NCBI GenBank assembly: GCA_050258655.1
Contig: JBLMZF010000082.1
Location: 1-53,073, forward strand
Direction of reading: 5' to 3'
Source: Deltaproteobacteria bacterium
GTDB lineage: Bacteria > Omnitrophota > Gorgyraeia > Gygaellales > Profunditerraquicolaceae
DNA: 53,073 nt
Shown here: positions 12,352 to 22,716 of the stretch, piece by piece
Layout of the letters: each line of letters begins with the position of its first letter
Numbering within the stretch: position 1 is the stretch's first letter
The notes under the pieces: model-generated
Seen by the model: only the letters and a program-made list of their open reading frames with translations
What the model was told of the DNA's origin: nothing
The model's database searches: none
Translations under genes and position numbers: made by a program

Positions 12352-13811
12352 GATTACTCCAGCTTATCAAGCCCATACACAGCTTCCGTTGCGCCCGTGC
12401 CATAGCGGATTTCCATGTCCGGGGCCTGTGCTGCAACTCCCGGTCCGTCAGGCCCGGCTACGTCTTTGTAGCGGTCAAGGGCGCGGCGCAGGACGGCAGG
12501 AGGTTCATCGGGGAGGCGGTCGCGCGGGGCGCCCGGGCGGTCATCTCGGCTCCGGGAAGTTCCCTGGGGAGCGGCGTCAGGGACGTGAGCCTGATCGAGG
12601 TCAGCGATACCCGGAGAGTGCTTTCCCTGCTGGCGAACGAGTTCAACAGAAGGCCGTCCACCAGGATGAAGGTGACCGGTGTCACCGGCACCAACGGCAA
12701 GACGACGATCACTTATTTGATAGAAACCATAATCCGGAAAGCGGGTTTTTCTCCGGCCGTGATCGGTACGGTCAATTACCGTTACGGAGGAAAAGCTTTC
12801 CCTTCCTGTAACACGACCCCGGGACCGGTAGAACTGCACGGATTGCTGGGCCGCATGGTGCGTGCGGGAGCCACGCACGCGGTCATGGAGGTATCCTCCC
12901 ACGCGCTGGACCAGAACAGGACGCGGGATGTCGCTTTTTCCTCGGCTATTTTCACCAACCTGACACAGGACCATCTCGATTACCACAAGGATTTCGCGGG
13001 TTATTTCGCCGCCAAGGCGCGGCTGTTCACCGGTCTTTCGCCCACGGCAGCGGCGATCGTCAACGAGGACGACCGTTACGGCCGCAGGCTCAAGAAGATG
13101 ACGCGGGCGCGGTTGATCACCTACGGCATCTCGCGTCCCTGCGATGTAAGGGCGCAGAAGATAAAGATGGACGTCAGGGGCTGCTCGTTCCTGCTGAACG
13201 CGTTTGGAAAGAAGACCCGCATCACCACGAGCCTCATCGGCCGCCACAATGTCTACAATCTTCTCGCGGCCTGCGCCTGGGCGGTCTCGGAGGGCATCCC
13301 GCTGAAGACGGTCAGGGAAGCGATACGCGGTTTCAGTCTCGTGCCCGGAAGACTGGAGAAGGTCGAGTGCGCTGAGGGGTTTTCCGTCTTCGTCGATTAC
13401 GCGCATACCGAGGACGCGCTCAGGAACGTGATCACCTCCTTGCGGCAGGTCAGCCGCGGCCGGATAATAGTGGTCTTCGGATGCGGCGGGGACCGTGACA
13501 GGACGAAACGTCCCAGGATGGGACGGGTCGTATCCCGCCTGGCCGACCTCTGCGTCGTCACCAGCGACAACCCCCGGTCGGAAGACCCCCTGGCGATCAT
13601 CCGTGAAGTGACCGGAGGCATCCGGGGGAAGCGTCATCTTGTTGTGGCGGACAGGAAAGAAGCGATAGGCAAGGCCCTTTCGGCAGCGAAGAGGGGGGAT
13701 ATAGTGCTCATCGCCGGGAAAGGCCATGAGAATTACCAGATAATCGGCGGCCTCACCCTGCCGTTCGACGACAGGTCGGTCGTGAAGGAATGTTTACGAT
13801 ACAAGAGATAA
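12348..13811 (+). CDS. murE: UDP-MurNAc-L-Ala-D-Glu:meso-DAP ligase
   Basis: Mur ligase P-loop GVTGTNGKTT and DNPR motif (TSDNPRSEDP), which is typical of DAP-adding MurE. Confidence 0.9.
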   Translation: MRLLQLIKPIHSFRCARAIADFHVRGLCCNSRSVRPGYVFVAVKGAAQDGRRFIGEAVARGARAVISAPGSSLGSGVRDVSLIEVSDTRRVLSLLANEFNRRPSTRMKVTGVTGTNGKTTITYLIETIIRKAGFSPAVIGTVNYRYGGKAFPSCNTTPGPVELHGLLGRMVRAGATHAVMEVSSHALDQNRTRDVAFSSAIFTNLTQDHLDYHKDFAGYFAAKARLFTGLSPTAAAIVNEDDRYGRRLKKMTRARLITYGISRPCDVRAQKIKMDVRGCSFLLNAFGKKTRITTSLIGRHNVYNLLAACAWAVSEGIPLKTVREAIRGFSLVPGRLEKVECAEGFSVFVDYAHTEDALRNVITSLRQVSRGRIIVVFGCGGDRDRTKRPRMGRVVSRLADLCVVTSDNPRSEDPLAIIREVTGGIRGKRHLVVADRKEAIGKALSAAKRGDIVLIAGKGHENYQIIGGLTLPFDDRSVVKECLRYKR

Positions 13812-15148
13812 TCAGGGAGACCGGAGGGACGCTTAAAGGCGGTGTTCTGAACGCGCGCGTCCGCGGTGTTTCCATAGATACCCGGACCATCGCCAGGGGC
13901 GAAGCCTTTGTCGCCATAAAGGGCGATACGTTCGACGGGAACGATTTCATCGTCCCGGCGGCCCGCAAGGGTGCTTCCTGCATCATCGCTTCCTGCGCGC
14001 GTCCCGCCGCCGTCCCGGCCGCTGTCGCGTTCGTCCGGGTCTCTGACGGCATCCAGGCCCTGGCCGCCCTTGGAAGGGCCCGCAGAAGGCTTTTCGACAT
14101 CCCCGTCATCGCGCTGACCGGCAGCAACGGCAAGACCACGACCAAGGACATGTGCGCCTGGGTACTGGGAGGGAGCCTGCCTGTCCTGAAGACCGAGGGC
14201 ACCAGGAACAATCACATCGGAGTTCCGATGACGCTGCTTGGGCTCAAGGAAAGCCACCGCGCCTGCGTGCTCGAACTGGGCACCAACCATTTCGGCGAGA
14301 TACGCGAACGGGCACTGACCTGCGAACCCACCGTCGGTATCATCACCACTATCGGCCCTTCGCACCTCGAGCATTTCAAGACCCTGTGCGGGGTCCTGCG
14401 CGAGAAAAGCTCGCTGTTATCCTGCCTCAAGCCGCCGGCCATCGCGGTCCTCAACGCTGACGATCCGTTCCTCGCGAGGACTATCATTGCAAAAAAGCGT
14501 AAACCATTTATAATAAGTATCGGCGTCCAGGGTCCGGCCGATTACCGGGCCCGGGGGGTCACGGTCAGGGGGGGACGGACTGTCTTCCGCCTGGACGGCC
14601 GTACGTATGAGCTGGATACTCCCGGCGTCCATAATGTCTACAACGCGCTGTGCGCTGTGGCGTGCGCGCGGATGCTCGGGCTCGGGCACGGGGAAATAGC
14701 TTCCCGGCTCAGGGAATTCTCTTTCCCCCGCGGCAGGCTTTCGCTGACCCGCGTGGGACAAACGAGCTTCATCGACGATTCGTACAATTCGAGCCCCGCC
14801 TCTTTGAGCCAGGCGCTTGAGACCCTCGGCCGCCTGAAGGCCAGAGGCCGCAAGATCCTGGTCATGGGGGACATGCTCGAACTGGGAAAAAGACAGGGGG
14901 CGTTCCACCGCCGCGCGGGGGAGGAAGCCGCCCGTTCATGCACAACCATCATCACCGTTGGAAGACTTGCCCGGCTGGCCTTCAAGTCGTTCCTCAAGGA
15001 GCGCCCCAGGGCCGCCGGATGCTTCGCCTGCGAACGCGCGGAAGAAGCGAAAGAGCTCCTGTTCAAGAGACTCTCTTTGACGAAGGACGACGTGGTCCTG
15101 GTAAAAGGATCGCGGCGCATGAAACTCGACAAGATCTTCGAAGGGTAA
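13790..15148 (+). CDS. murF: UDP-MurNAc-tripeptide:D-Ala-D-Ala ligase
   Basis: LTGSNGKTTTKDM P-loop and dcw position. 22-nt overlap with murE. Confidence 0.9.
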   Translation: MFTIQEIIRETGGTLKGGVLNARVRGVSIDTRTIARGEAFVAIKGDTFDGNDFIVPAARKGASCIIASCARPAAVPAAVAFVRVSDGIQALAALGRARRRLFDIPVIALTGSNGKTTTKDMCAWVLGGSLPVLKTEGTRNNHIGVPMTLLGLKESHRACVLELGTNHFGEIRERALTCEPTVGIITTIGPSHLEHFKTLCGVLREKSSLLSCLKPPAIAVLNADDPFLARTIIAKKRKPFIISIGVQGPADYRARGVTVRGGRTVFRLDGRTYELDTPGVHNVYNALCAVACARMLGLGHGEIASRLREFSFPRGRLSLTRVGQTSFIDDSYNSSPASLSQALETLGRLKARGRKILVMGDMLELGKRQGAFHRRAGEEAARSCTTIITVGRLARLAFKSFLKERPRAAGCFACERAEEAKELLFKRLSLTKDDVVLVKGSRRMKLDKIFEG

Positions 15149-15162
15149 TCAGTCACCGATAA

Positions 15163-16254
15163 ATGTTATATTACCTCCTGTATCCCCTCCACCCGCTTTT
15201 TTCCGCGCTGAACCTTTTCAGGTACATCACCTTCAGGGCGATCATGGCCGCGCTGACCGCTTTCCTGATCAGCCTCATCGCCGGTCCGGCCGTGATCAGG
15301 CGGATCAGGGAGTTGTCCATCGGGCAGAACATCCGCGGGCAGGAGGAGAGCAAGAAGCTGCACGAGCTCCACAGCAAGAAGCAGGGGACTCCCACGATGG
15401 GAGGGATCCTGATCCTCGTCGCGGTCTTCTCCTCGACGCTGCTCTGGGGCGAGCTCGGCAGCGGACCCCTGCAGATGGTCATGTTCTGCACCCTCTGGCT
15501 TGGCGTGACCGGGTTCATCGACGATTACCTCAAACACTCGCGCAAGTGCTCGAAAGGGCTTACCGCCACGGCCAAGTTCACCAGCCAGATCGTCCTCGGT
15601 CTCCTGATCGGCTCCGTGCTTTTCCTCGACCCGCGCCACTCCACCGTCCTTGACGTGCCTTTCCTGAAAGACGTCTCCATCGACCTCGGTGTCTTCTATA
15701 TCGTCTTCGTCATTGCGGTCATAACAGGCACTTCCAACGCGGTCAACCTGACAGACGGGCTTGACGGGCTGGCCATAGGGAGCGTCATCATGGCCGCGGT
15801 CGCCTTTACCGTTCTTTGTTATGTCACCGGCAACGCGCGTTTCAGCGACTACCTGCTGATCCCTTATATAAGGGGAGCGGGTGAGTTGACCGTCTTCTGC
15901 GCCAGCCTCCTTGGCGCCGGACTGGGTTTTCTCTGGTTCAACTGTTATCCTGCTGAGATATTCATGGGTGATGTGGGCTCGCTTGCGCTGGGAGGCGCGC
16001 TGGGCGTGGTCGCGGTCCTGATCAAGAAGGAGCTCCTGCTGGTGGTCGTGGGAGGTATTTTCGTGCTGGAGGCGCTTTCGGTCATCCTCCAGGTGGCCTC
16101 GTTCAAGCTGACCAGGAAACGCATCTTCAAGATAGCGCCCCTGCATCACCATTTCCAGTTCCTGGGCTGGCAGGAGAACAAGGTGATCGTCAGGTTCTGG
16201 ATCATCGGGATCATGCTGGCTTTGCTGACGATAGTGACCCTCAAGATACGATAG
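15163..16254 (+). CDS. mraY: phospho-MurNAc-pentapeptide translocase
   Basis: Polytopic membrane protein with GTPTMGG, NAVNLTDGLDGLA, MGDVGSLALGG and APLHHHF motifs. Confidence 0.95.
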   Translation: MLYYLLYPLHPLFSALNLFRYITFRAIMAALTAFLISLIAGPAVIRRIRELSIGQNIRGQEESKKLHELHSKKQGTPTMGGILILVAVFSSTLLWGELGSGPLQMVMFCTLWLGVTGFIDDYLKHSRKCSKGLTATAKFTSQIVLGLLIGSVLFLDPRHSTVLDVPFLKDVSIDLGVFYIVFVIAVITGTSNAVNLTDGLDGLAIGSVIMAAVAFTVLCYVTGNARFSDYLLIPYIRGAGELTVFCASLLGAGLGFLWFNCYPAEIFMGDVGSLALGGALGVVAVLIKKELLLVVVGGIFVLEALSVILQVASFKLTRKRIFKIAPLHHHFQFLGWQENKVIVRFWIIGIMLALLTIVTLKIR

Positions 16255-16267
16255 GCACCGAAAATAG

Positions 16268-17545
16268 ATGAGGAACGAAGGGCAGTTCAAAGGTAAGAAG
16301 GTGACGGTGATTGGCCTGGCGCGCAGCGGCGCGGCCTGCGCCAACCTGCTCAAAGGCCTGGGCGCCGATGTCCGTGTCTCGGACAACCAGGATAATGAGA
16401 CCACAGCGCGTTTTGGCGCCATGCTGGCGTCCGGGATACCGGTCGAGACCGGACGCCACTCCGACGGATTCATACTCGACCGCGATCTGATCGTCGTCTC
16501 CCCGGGGGTGCCATTTTCGGCGCCGCCGCTCAAGCGCGCGCGGGCACAGGGCATACCGGTGGTCAGCGAGATAGAGATCGGCTGGATGCTTTCTCCCGTC
16601 CCGGTCATAGCGGTGACTGGTTCCAACGGCAAGACCACCGTGACCACCCTGATCGGCAGGGTGATCGATGCCTCGGGTAAAAAAGCGGCGGTCTGCGGGA
16701 ACATAGGTAATCCCTTCACCGGCGAGCTCGCGGCTCTTGCCGGCAAAAAGATAGATTTCTTCGTGCTCGAAGTGAGCTCGTTCCAGCTGGAGACCATCCG
16801 CGATTTCAAACCCGCCGTATCCGTCATCCTCAATTTCAACCGGAATCATCTCGATCGCCACGCTGACATGGAGGAGTACCTGGCCGCGAAAAAACGCATC
16901 TTTCTGAACCAGGACAGCTCCGATACGCTGGTCATCAACGGCCTTGACCCCGCGCTCGCCAAAGCGGTGAAAGGAGCGCGCGCCAGGGTGGCCACGTTCG
17001 GCAAAAGGGAGGGGTACAACGCCAACGAGTGCGCGGTGCTCGCGGCCGCTTCCGCCCTGGGTATCGGGGAGGATATCTGCAAAAAGGTCTTTTCCGGGTT
17101 TTCCGGACTCGAACACCGTTTCGAGACGGCTGCCGAGATAAAAGGGGTCCGGTTCATAAACGATTCCAAGGCCACTACCGTCGAATCATGCCTCTGGGCC
17201 CTGGCCAACCTGCAGAGGCCGGTGGTGCTCATATGCGGCGGCAAGGATAAGGGAGTGGATTATTCGCTTGTGGCCAGGGTCTGCCCCGGGAAGGTGAAGG
17301 AAGCGATCCTGATCGGCCAGGCAGCGGAGAAGATCGCGGCCGCGCTCGGCCCTGTGGTGCCCCTGAAGAGGGCCCCGAGCCTTGAGGACGCGGTCAAGCT
17401 TGCGTTCGAGACAGCTTCCCCCGGCGACGCCGTGCTCCTGTCACCGATGTGCGCCAGTTTCGACATGTTCACCGACTATGAGCACAGGGGAAGGGTGTTC
17501 AAGCAGGCGGTGCGGGACCTCCAGGTCCGGGACGGGCAGCGATGA
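16268..17545 (+). CDS. murD: UDP-MurNAc-L-Ala:D-Glu ligase
   Basis: N-terminal Rossmann GLARSG, P-loop VTGSNGKTTV, dcw position. Confidence 0.9.
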   Translation: MRNEGQFKGKKVTVIGLARSGAACANLLKGLGADVRVSDNQDNETTARFGAMLASGIPVETGRHSDGFILDRDLIVVSPGVPFSAPPLKRARAQGIPVVSEIEIGWMLSPVPVIAVTGSNGKTTVTTLIGRVIDASGKKAAVCGNIGNPFTGELAALAGKKIDFFVLEVSSFQLETIRDFKPAVSVILNFNRNHLDRHADMEEYLAAKKRIFLNQDSSDTLVINGLDPALAKAVKGARARVATFGKREGYNANECAVLAAASALGIGEDICKKVFSGFSGLEHRFETAAEIKGVRFINDSKATTVESCLWALANLQRPVVLICGGKDKGVDYSLVARVCPGKVKEAILIGQAAEKIAAALGPVVPLKRAPSLEDAVKLAFETASPGDAVLLSPMCASFDMFTDYEHRGRVFKQAVRDLQVRDGQR

Positions 17546-18639
17546 CGATGCGCAATATCCGGATCCAGCTGTTCATGACCACGCTCGTGCTCGTTTGCAT
17601 CGGCACGGTGATGATATTCAGCGCCTCGAGCATCTATGCCGCTGAGCGCTTCAAGGACAGCACTTATTTTCTCGGACGCCACCTCCTGTTCCTGCTGATC
17701 GGCGGCATCCTCGCGTTCCTGGCGATGTGCGTCCCGTACAAGAAGCTCCAGTCCTGGGCCCGCCCGCTGGTGTTCATATCCCTGGGGCTGCTGGCCCTGG
17801 TGCTGGTCCCCCACATCGGAAGGGAGGTTTCCGGCGCGCGCCGCTGGTTCAGGATCGGGTTCTTCAGTTTTCAGCCTTCCGAGTTCGCCGCGCTGTGCGT
17901 GGTCGTCTATGTCGCTGATTTCATCTCGCGCAGGTCAAATCAGGTAAAGACCCTGCGCCACGGGCTTCTGCCCGTGCTGGCCGTCCTCGGCATCGTATCG
18001 ATACTGATCCTGCTCGAACCCGACCTGGGGACAACGCTTTCGATCTGCGTGACCGTGATGATCATGCTCTTCATCGGGGGGATGCGGCTGGTATACCTCG
18101 GCGGTCTTGTCCTGAGCGCGATCCCCGCGTTGTATCTGTTGATAGCCCACGTCGCCTACAGGCGCAGCCGTATCCTCGCGTTCCTCAACCCCTGGGCCGA
18201 TCCGAGGGGAAGCGGGTTCCAGATCATCCAGTCGCAGATAGCGCTCGGTTCAGGGGGCATATTCGGCGAGGGCCTCGGACACTCCCGCCAGAAGCTGTTC
18301 TACCTGCCTGCCGCGCATACGGATTTCATCTTTTCCATCATCGGCGAGGAGCTCGGGCTCCTGGGCACCATCGGGATCATCATCCTTTTCCTGATCTTCA
18401 TCCGCCTGAGCCTTCAGATCATCAAGAACACCAACGACCGGTTCGGTTACTTCCTCGGGGTCGGTCTTCTCGCGCTGATCACTTTCAAGGCGATGGTCAA
18501 CATCGGCGTCTCGTGCGGCATCCTGCCCACGAAGGGGCTGCCGCTGCCCTTCATCAGCTACGGCGGTTCGTCGTTCATCTTCGATCTCGTCAGCGTCGGT
18601 CTGTTGTTGAACGTGGCAAAGCAGGGGGAGTACCCCTAA
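17542..18639 (+). CDS. ftsW: SEDS peptidoglycan polymerase FtsW
   Basis: 10-TM SEDS protein (FQPSEF, TDFIFS.IGEELG, LPFISYGGSS) between murD and murG. ATGA overlap with murD. Confidence 0.9.
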   Translation: MTMRNIRIQLFMTTLVLVCIGTVMIFSASSIYAAERFKDSTYFLGRHLLFLLIGGILAFLAMCVPYKKLQSWARPLVFISLGLLALVLVPHIGREVSGARRWFRIGFFSFQPSEFAALCVVVYVADFISRRSNQVKTLRHGLLPVLAVLGIVSILILLEPDLGTTLSICVTVMIMLFIGGMRLVYLGGLVLSAIPALYLLIAHVAYRRSRILAFLNPWADPRGSGFQIIQSQIALGSGGIFGEGLGHSRQKLFYLPAAHTDFIFSIIGEELGLLGTIGIIILFLIFIRLSLQIIKNTNDRFGYFLGVGLLALITFKAMVNIGVSCGILPTKGLPLPFISYGGSSFIFDLVSVGLLLNVAKQGEYP

Positions 18640-18653
18640 ACGGGTCTTAATCA

Positions 18654-19739
18654 ATGAGGATCATAGCCGTGACAGGGGCAAGCGGAGGACATATTTTCCC
18701 CGCGCTTGCGTTCCTTGAAGCGCTCAGATGTTCACAGCCGGGTGTCCGTACGCTGCTGGTGCTTCCCGAAGGGGGCTTCAGCGGTTCTCTCGATACGCGC
18801 GGACAGCCGTTCAGATATATCCCGATCTCGGGGATGACCGCGCGGATGCGCAGGAACCCGGCCGCGGCGGCATGGCAGGCCTGTATCGGATGCGCGCGGA
18901 GCATCGAGATCATCGTCCGCTTCAAGCCCGATCTTGTGGTCGGTTTCGGTTCGCTGGCGTCGGTCCCGGTCGTGCTCTGCGCGTGGCTGTTCCGCGTGCC
19001 CACGATGATCCATGAACAGAACGTTATCCCCGGCAGGGCCAACCTTTTCCTGAGCCGTTTTGTCGACCGCGTGGCGGTATCCTTCGAGGAATCACGCGCC
19101 CTGTTCCCCCATCCGGACCGCGCCGTTCTGACCGGCAATCCCCTGCGCTCGCGGATGCGTCCGATGGCTAAAGACGAAGCGCGCCGCGCGATGGGGCTTT
19201 TGCCCGATGTCTTCACGGTGCTGGTCACCGGCGGCAGCCAGGGAAGCTCTTCGATCAACCGCGCCTGCATGCAGGCGTTCGCTGATCCGGCCTTGAAAGG
19301 CAGGATACAGGTGATCCATATCACGGGCAAGGGCGCTGGCGACGCGGCGGCGAAGGCGTATTCTTCCTGCGGCATCACCTCGCGGGTAGTCCCGTTCCTT
19401 GAGGAAATGGAGACAGCGTACAGCGCTTCTGATATCGCTATATGCCGGGGAGGCGCCACTACCTGCGCGGAGCTGGCGTTCTTCGCTCTGCCCGCGCTGA
19501 TCGTCCCGTACCCGTACGCCCAGGCCCACCAGTCGCGCAATGCCGCGGCGCTTGAATCGAAAGGACTTTGCCGGGTAGTCAGTGACAGCGAGCTTGATGG
19601 GGGGAAGGTGAAGGATTTCGTGAACTCCTGCCTTGATGAACCGGGATTCCTCGCTGCGATGAAGGCTGCGTTCAAAACGCCCGGACGGGAAGAGGCGAGG
19701 GCCCGCCTTGCCGCCGCGGCGATGGGGGTCGAGCGATGA
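18654..19739 (+). CDS. murG: UDP-GlcNAc:lipid I GlcNAc transferase
   Basis: TGASGGHIFPALA N-terminal motif, GGSQGS, and a C-terminal GT28 region (CRGGATTCAEL). Confidence 0.9.
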   Translation: MRIIAVTGASGGHIFPALAFLEALRCSQPGVRTLLVLPEGGFSGSLDTRGQPFRYIPISGMTARMRRNPAAAAWQACIGCARSIEIIVRFKPDLVVGFGSLASVPVVLCAWLFRVPTMIHEQNVIPGRANLFLSRFVDRVAVSFEESRALFPHPDRAVLTGNPLRSRMRPMAKDEARRAMGLLPDVFTVLVTGGSQGSSSINRACMQAFADPALKGRIQVIHITGKGAGDAAAKAYSSCGITSRVVPFLEEMETAYSASDIAICRGGATTCAELAFFALPALIVPYPYAQAHQSRNAAALESKGLCRVVSDSELDGGKVKDFVNSCLDEPGFLAAMKAAFKTPGREEARARLAAAAMGVER

Positions 19740-20503
19740 AGCGGCTGGCGCTGGGTGTCCTGTTCCTGCTGGCGGCCCTTGTGCCTGCTTCCGCGGGTGA
19801 TTGGAACGAGGCGAAGAGCACCCATTTCGTGGTCTATTACCATAATGCCCCCGCCGATTTCTGTCAAAAGGTGCTTCAGGAGGCGGAGCGCAATTATGAG
19901 AAGATAACCGACGACCTGGGGTTCCTCAGGTTCGATTTCTGGCTGTGGGATAACCGGGCCCGCATCTATATCTACGACGACGCCGGACAGTACCGGGCGG
20001 AGTCGGGCATGCCCGCCTGGTCGGGCGGAGCGGCCCTGCCAAGGGACAAGGTCATAAACGCCTACTACGGCATAGACGGTTTTTTCGAGCGGGTCCTCCC
20101 GCATGAGATCGGCCACATCATCTTCAGGGAGTTCGTCGGGTTCGACAACCCCTCGGTCCCCCTCTGGCTTGACGAGGGGGCGGCCTCATACCAGGAGAGG
20201 AGCGTCGCGGCGCTCAGGATGCTTCCCGAGCTCGTCAGGTCGGGGCGCGTCATACCGCTGCGCCAGCTTTCGATGATGCAGCCGCACGCGATGACGGATG
20301 GGGGGCAGGTGCGGCAGTTCTATGTCGAGGCGGTCGGGATCATCGATTATCTGATCCGCTCGCAGGGCAAAGAGACGTTCGTATTTTTCTGCCGCTCATT
20401 GAGGGACATGAAGGAGTTCGATAAGGCGCTTTCGTACGCATATTCGATACGGGGGGCCGATGAACTGGAAAAACGCTGGATGGCTGAACTGAAAAATGAA
20501 TAA
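19736..20503 (+). CDS. secreted zinc metallopeptidase, peptidase MA-like (HExxH...E)
   Basis: Signal peptide MKRLALGVLFLLAALVPASA. HEIGH at nt 20102-20116, followed by LWLDEGAASYQE (gluzincin-type third ligand). It resembles Peptidase_MA_2/DUF1570-type proteins. ATGA overlap with murG and 8-nt overlap with murC. Confidence 0.6.
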   Translation: MKRLALGVLFLLAALVPASAGDWNEAKSTHFVVYYHNAPADFCQKVLQEAERNYEKITDDLGFLRFDFWLWDNRARIYIYDDAGQYRAESGMPAWSGGAALPRDKVINAYYGIDGFFERVLPHEIGHIIFREFVGFDNPSVPLWLDEGAASYQERSVAALRMLPELVRSGRVIPLRQLSMMQPHAMTDGGQVRQFYVEAVGIIDYLIRSQGKETFVFFCRSLRDMKEFDKALSYAYSIRGADELEKRWMAELKNE

Positions 20504-21866
20504 GATAAGGAAATATCATCTGATAGGCATCGGCGGGATAGGCATGAGCGGCATCGCGCGGCTCATGCGCGCAAGAGGCATGGCCGTCAGCGGATCGGAT
20601 GTCCGCCAGAGCCGGTCGACCGACGAGCTGGCTTCCCTTGGCTGCCGCATCTGCATCGGTCACAGCGCCTCCAACCTCGGAGATGCCGATGAAGTCATCT
20701 ATTCCTCAGCGATAAAGGAGGACAATCCGGAGATGAGGGAAGCGCGGCGCAGGGGAGTGCCCGTGCGCAAGCGCGCCGAAGCCCTGGCGGAGCTCATGGG
20801 CGACAAGAAAGTCATCACGGTGGCCGGCGCGCACGGCAAGACGACCACGTCTTCCCTGGTCTCGCACATGCTGATCACCGCGGGCCTCTCGCCGACCATC
20901 GCCGTCGGCGGTATCCTCAAGAACATCGGTAACAATGTCCGCGAGGGGGACGGGGATTTCTTCGTCGCCGAGGCGGACGAGTCCGACGGGACGTTTCTCT
21001 GTTACCGGCCGACCTATTCGATCATTACCAACATCGACCGTGAGCACCTCGATTATTACAAGGATTTCCCCTCGCTGCTGGAGGCGTTCGGCCGTTTCAT
21101 CCAGCAGACCGAACCGAAAGGGTGCCTGTTCTGCGGACAGGACCAGAACCTGGTCAAGCTGATGGCCTCCTGCAGGGGGCGTTCGATGATATTCGGGTTC
21201 AGCCCTGAGCTGGACATATACGCCAGCTCCCTCCGTTTCAAAGGCCTCACCTCTGAATTCGACTGTTACCGCAAGGGAGAGTTCCTGGCGCGTTTCAAGC
21301 TGAGCCTGGGAGGCAGCCACAACGTCTCGAACTCACTGGCGGTCATCGCCCTGGGTATGGAGCTGGGGATAGGGATAGGGACGATCGGCCAGGCGCTTGC
21401 GACGTACCAGGGGGCGGGGAGAAGGCTTGATGTGAAGCTGCGCACCGATAAATGGACGGTGGTCGACGATTACGGCCATCATCCTACGGAGATACGGGCC
21501 ACGCTCAACGCGCTCTCACAGGTTGAGAGCGGACGCAGGATAGTGGTCTTCCAGCCGCACCGCTATACCCGCACGAAGCTCCTGCTCGATGAGTTTTCCG
21601 GCTGTTTTGCCCAGGCCGATCATGTCATCATCACGGACATCTACGCGGCGAGCGAACCGCCTATCGAGGGCATTACCGGCGAGTTCCTCGCCGGCAAGGT
21701 GCGCGCCGCATCCCCGGGAAAAACGGTTGAGTATGTCCCGAGGGACAGGCTGCGCGCGCACGTGCTGGGGCTGGTCAGGCCGAAGGACCTTGTGGCCACG
21801 ATGGGCGCGGGTGACATCACCAAAGTAAGCGATGAGATCGCGGAAGAACTCAAAAAACAGGGTTAG
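20496..21866 (+). CDS. murC: UDP-MurNAc:L-Ala ligase
   Basis: IGIGGIGMSGIA, GAHGKTTTSS P-loop, DDYGHHPTEI. Confidence 0.95.
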   Translation: MNKIRKYHLIGIGGIGMSGIARLMRARGMAVSGSDVRQSRSTDELASLGCRICIGHSASNLGDADEVIYSSAIKEDNPEMREARRRGVPVRKRAEALAELMGDKKVITVAGAHGKTTTSSLVSHMLITAGLSPTIAVGGILKNIGNNVREGDGDFFVAEADESDGTFLCYRPTYSIITNIDREHLDYYKDFPSLLEAFGRFIQQTEPKGCLFCGQDQNLVKLMASCRGRSMIFGFSPELDIYASSLRFKGLTSEFDCYRKGEFLARFKLSLGGSHNVSNSLAVIALGMELGIGIGTIGQALATYQGAGRRLDVKLRTDKWTVVDDYGHHPTEIRATLNALSQVESGRRIVVFQPHRYTRTKLLLDEFSGCFAQADHVIITDIYAASEPPIEGITGEFLAGKVRAASPGKTVEYVPRDRLRAHVLGLVRPKDLVATMGAGDITKVSDEIAEELKKQG

Positions 21867-22716
21867 CAGGGGAGAATCGCTCAGGACACTGACCACCTTC
21901 CGGATAGGGGGACCGGCCCGCTGCCTGGTCAGGCCGTGTTCGACTGAAGAACTGTGCGGCCTCCTGAAGGCTTCTGCCGGGAAAAAGATAAGGGTGCTCG
22001 GTGCGGGCAGCAACATCCTCGCTTCGGACCGGGGGGTGGGCGGGGTGATCGTCAAGCTCGATGCTCCGTCCTTCAGAGGATTGGAAGCCGAGGGTACGCG
22101 GGTGCGCGCGGGCGCGGGAGTCCCGCTGGCTTCATTGCTCCAGTTCTGTCTTAAGAACGGCCTGACGGGCGCGGAATTCCTTGCCGGCATCCCCGGGACG
22201 GTAGGCGGCGGGCTGATCATGAACTGCGGAGTCCGGGCGCCTTCCGGGACAAAGGCTATCGGTGATATAGTTGAACGGGTCACGGTAATGGGATATAATG
22301 GCCGTCTCCGTTCTTTCCGGAGAAAAGAGGCCGGGTTCGGTTATCGTCATTCGGCGCTTTCCCGGTACATCGTCACCGGATGCGTCTTTGCGCTCAGGAA
22401 AGCCCCGGGGGAGGAAGTAAGGCGCAGGCTCGGCGATTGGATGGCACGGAGGAAGGGCCAGGAATACGGGTACCCTTCCGCGGGATGCGTCTTCAAGAAC
22501 CCAGCTCAGGCATCCGCCGGTCAACTGATCGATTCCTGCGGCCTCAAGGGACGCAGAAAAGGAGGGGCGCTCGTCTCAAAGCGCCACGCGAATTTCATCG
22601 TCAATACGGGAGGCGCTTCGAGTTCCGATGTCCTGGCGCTGATACGGCTGGTCCGGGGGACCGTGCTCAGGAAGCGCGGCATCCGGCTCGAACCGGAGAT
22701 ACAGATATGGAAATAA
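21832..22716 (+). CDS. murB: UDP-N-acetylenolpyruvoylglucosamine reductase
   Basis: LTTFRIGGPA, GAGSNIL, and the C-terminal SAGCVFKNP motif. The start is uncertain, because the ATG at 21832 overlaps murC by 35 nt. Confidence 0.85.
   Translation: MRSRKNSKNRVSRGESLRTLTTFRIGGPARCLVRPCSTEELCGLLKASAGKKIRVLGAGSNILASDRGVGGVIVKLDAPSFRGLEAEGTRVRAGAGVPLASLLQFCLKNGLTGAEFLAGIPGTVGGGLIMNCGVRAPSGTKAIGDIVERVTVMGYNGRLRSFRRKEAGFGYRHSALSRYIVTGCVFALRKAPGEEVRRRLGDWMARRKGQEYGYPSAGCVFKNPAQASAGQLIDSCGLKGRRKGGALVSKRHANFIVNTGGASSSDVLALIRLVRGTVLRKRGIRLEPEIQIWK

Noticed and set aside
22380-22706. ORF-track 5' extensions of ddl (from 22380), and likewise of ftsL (10050), lspA (31375) and yggS (25734).
   Set aside because: The extensions run through the preceding gene or a promoter. 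Internal ATGs at 22707, 10236, 31462 and 25791 give proteins starting at the conserved N-termini, with typical ATGA-type coupling.
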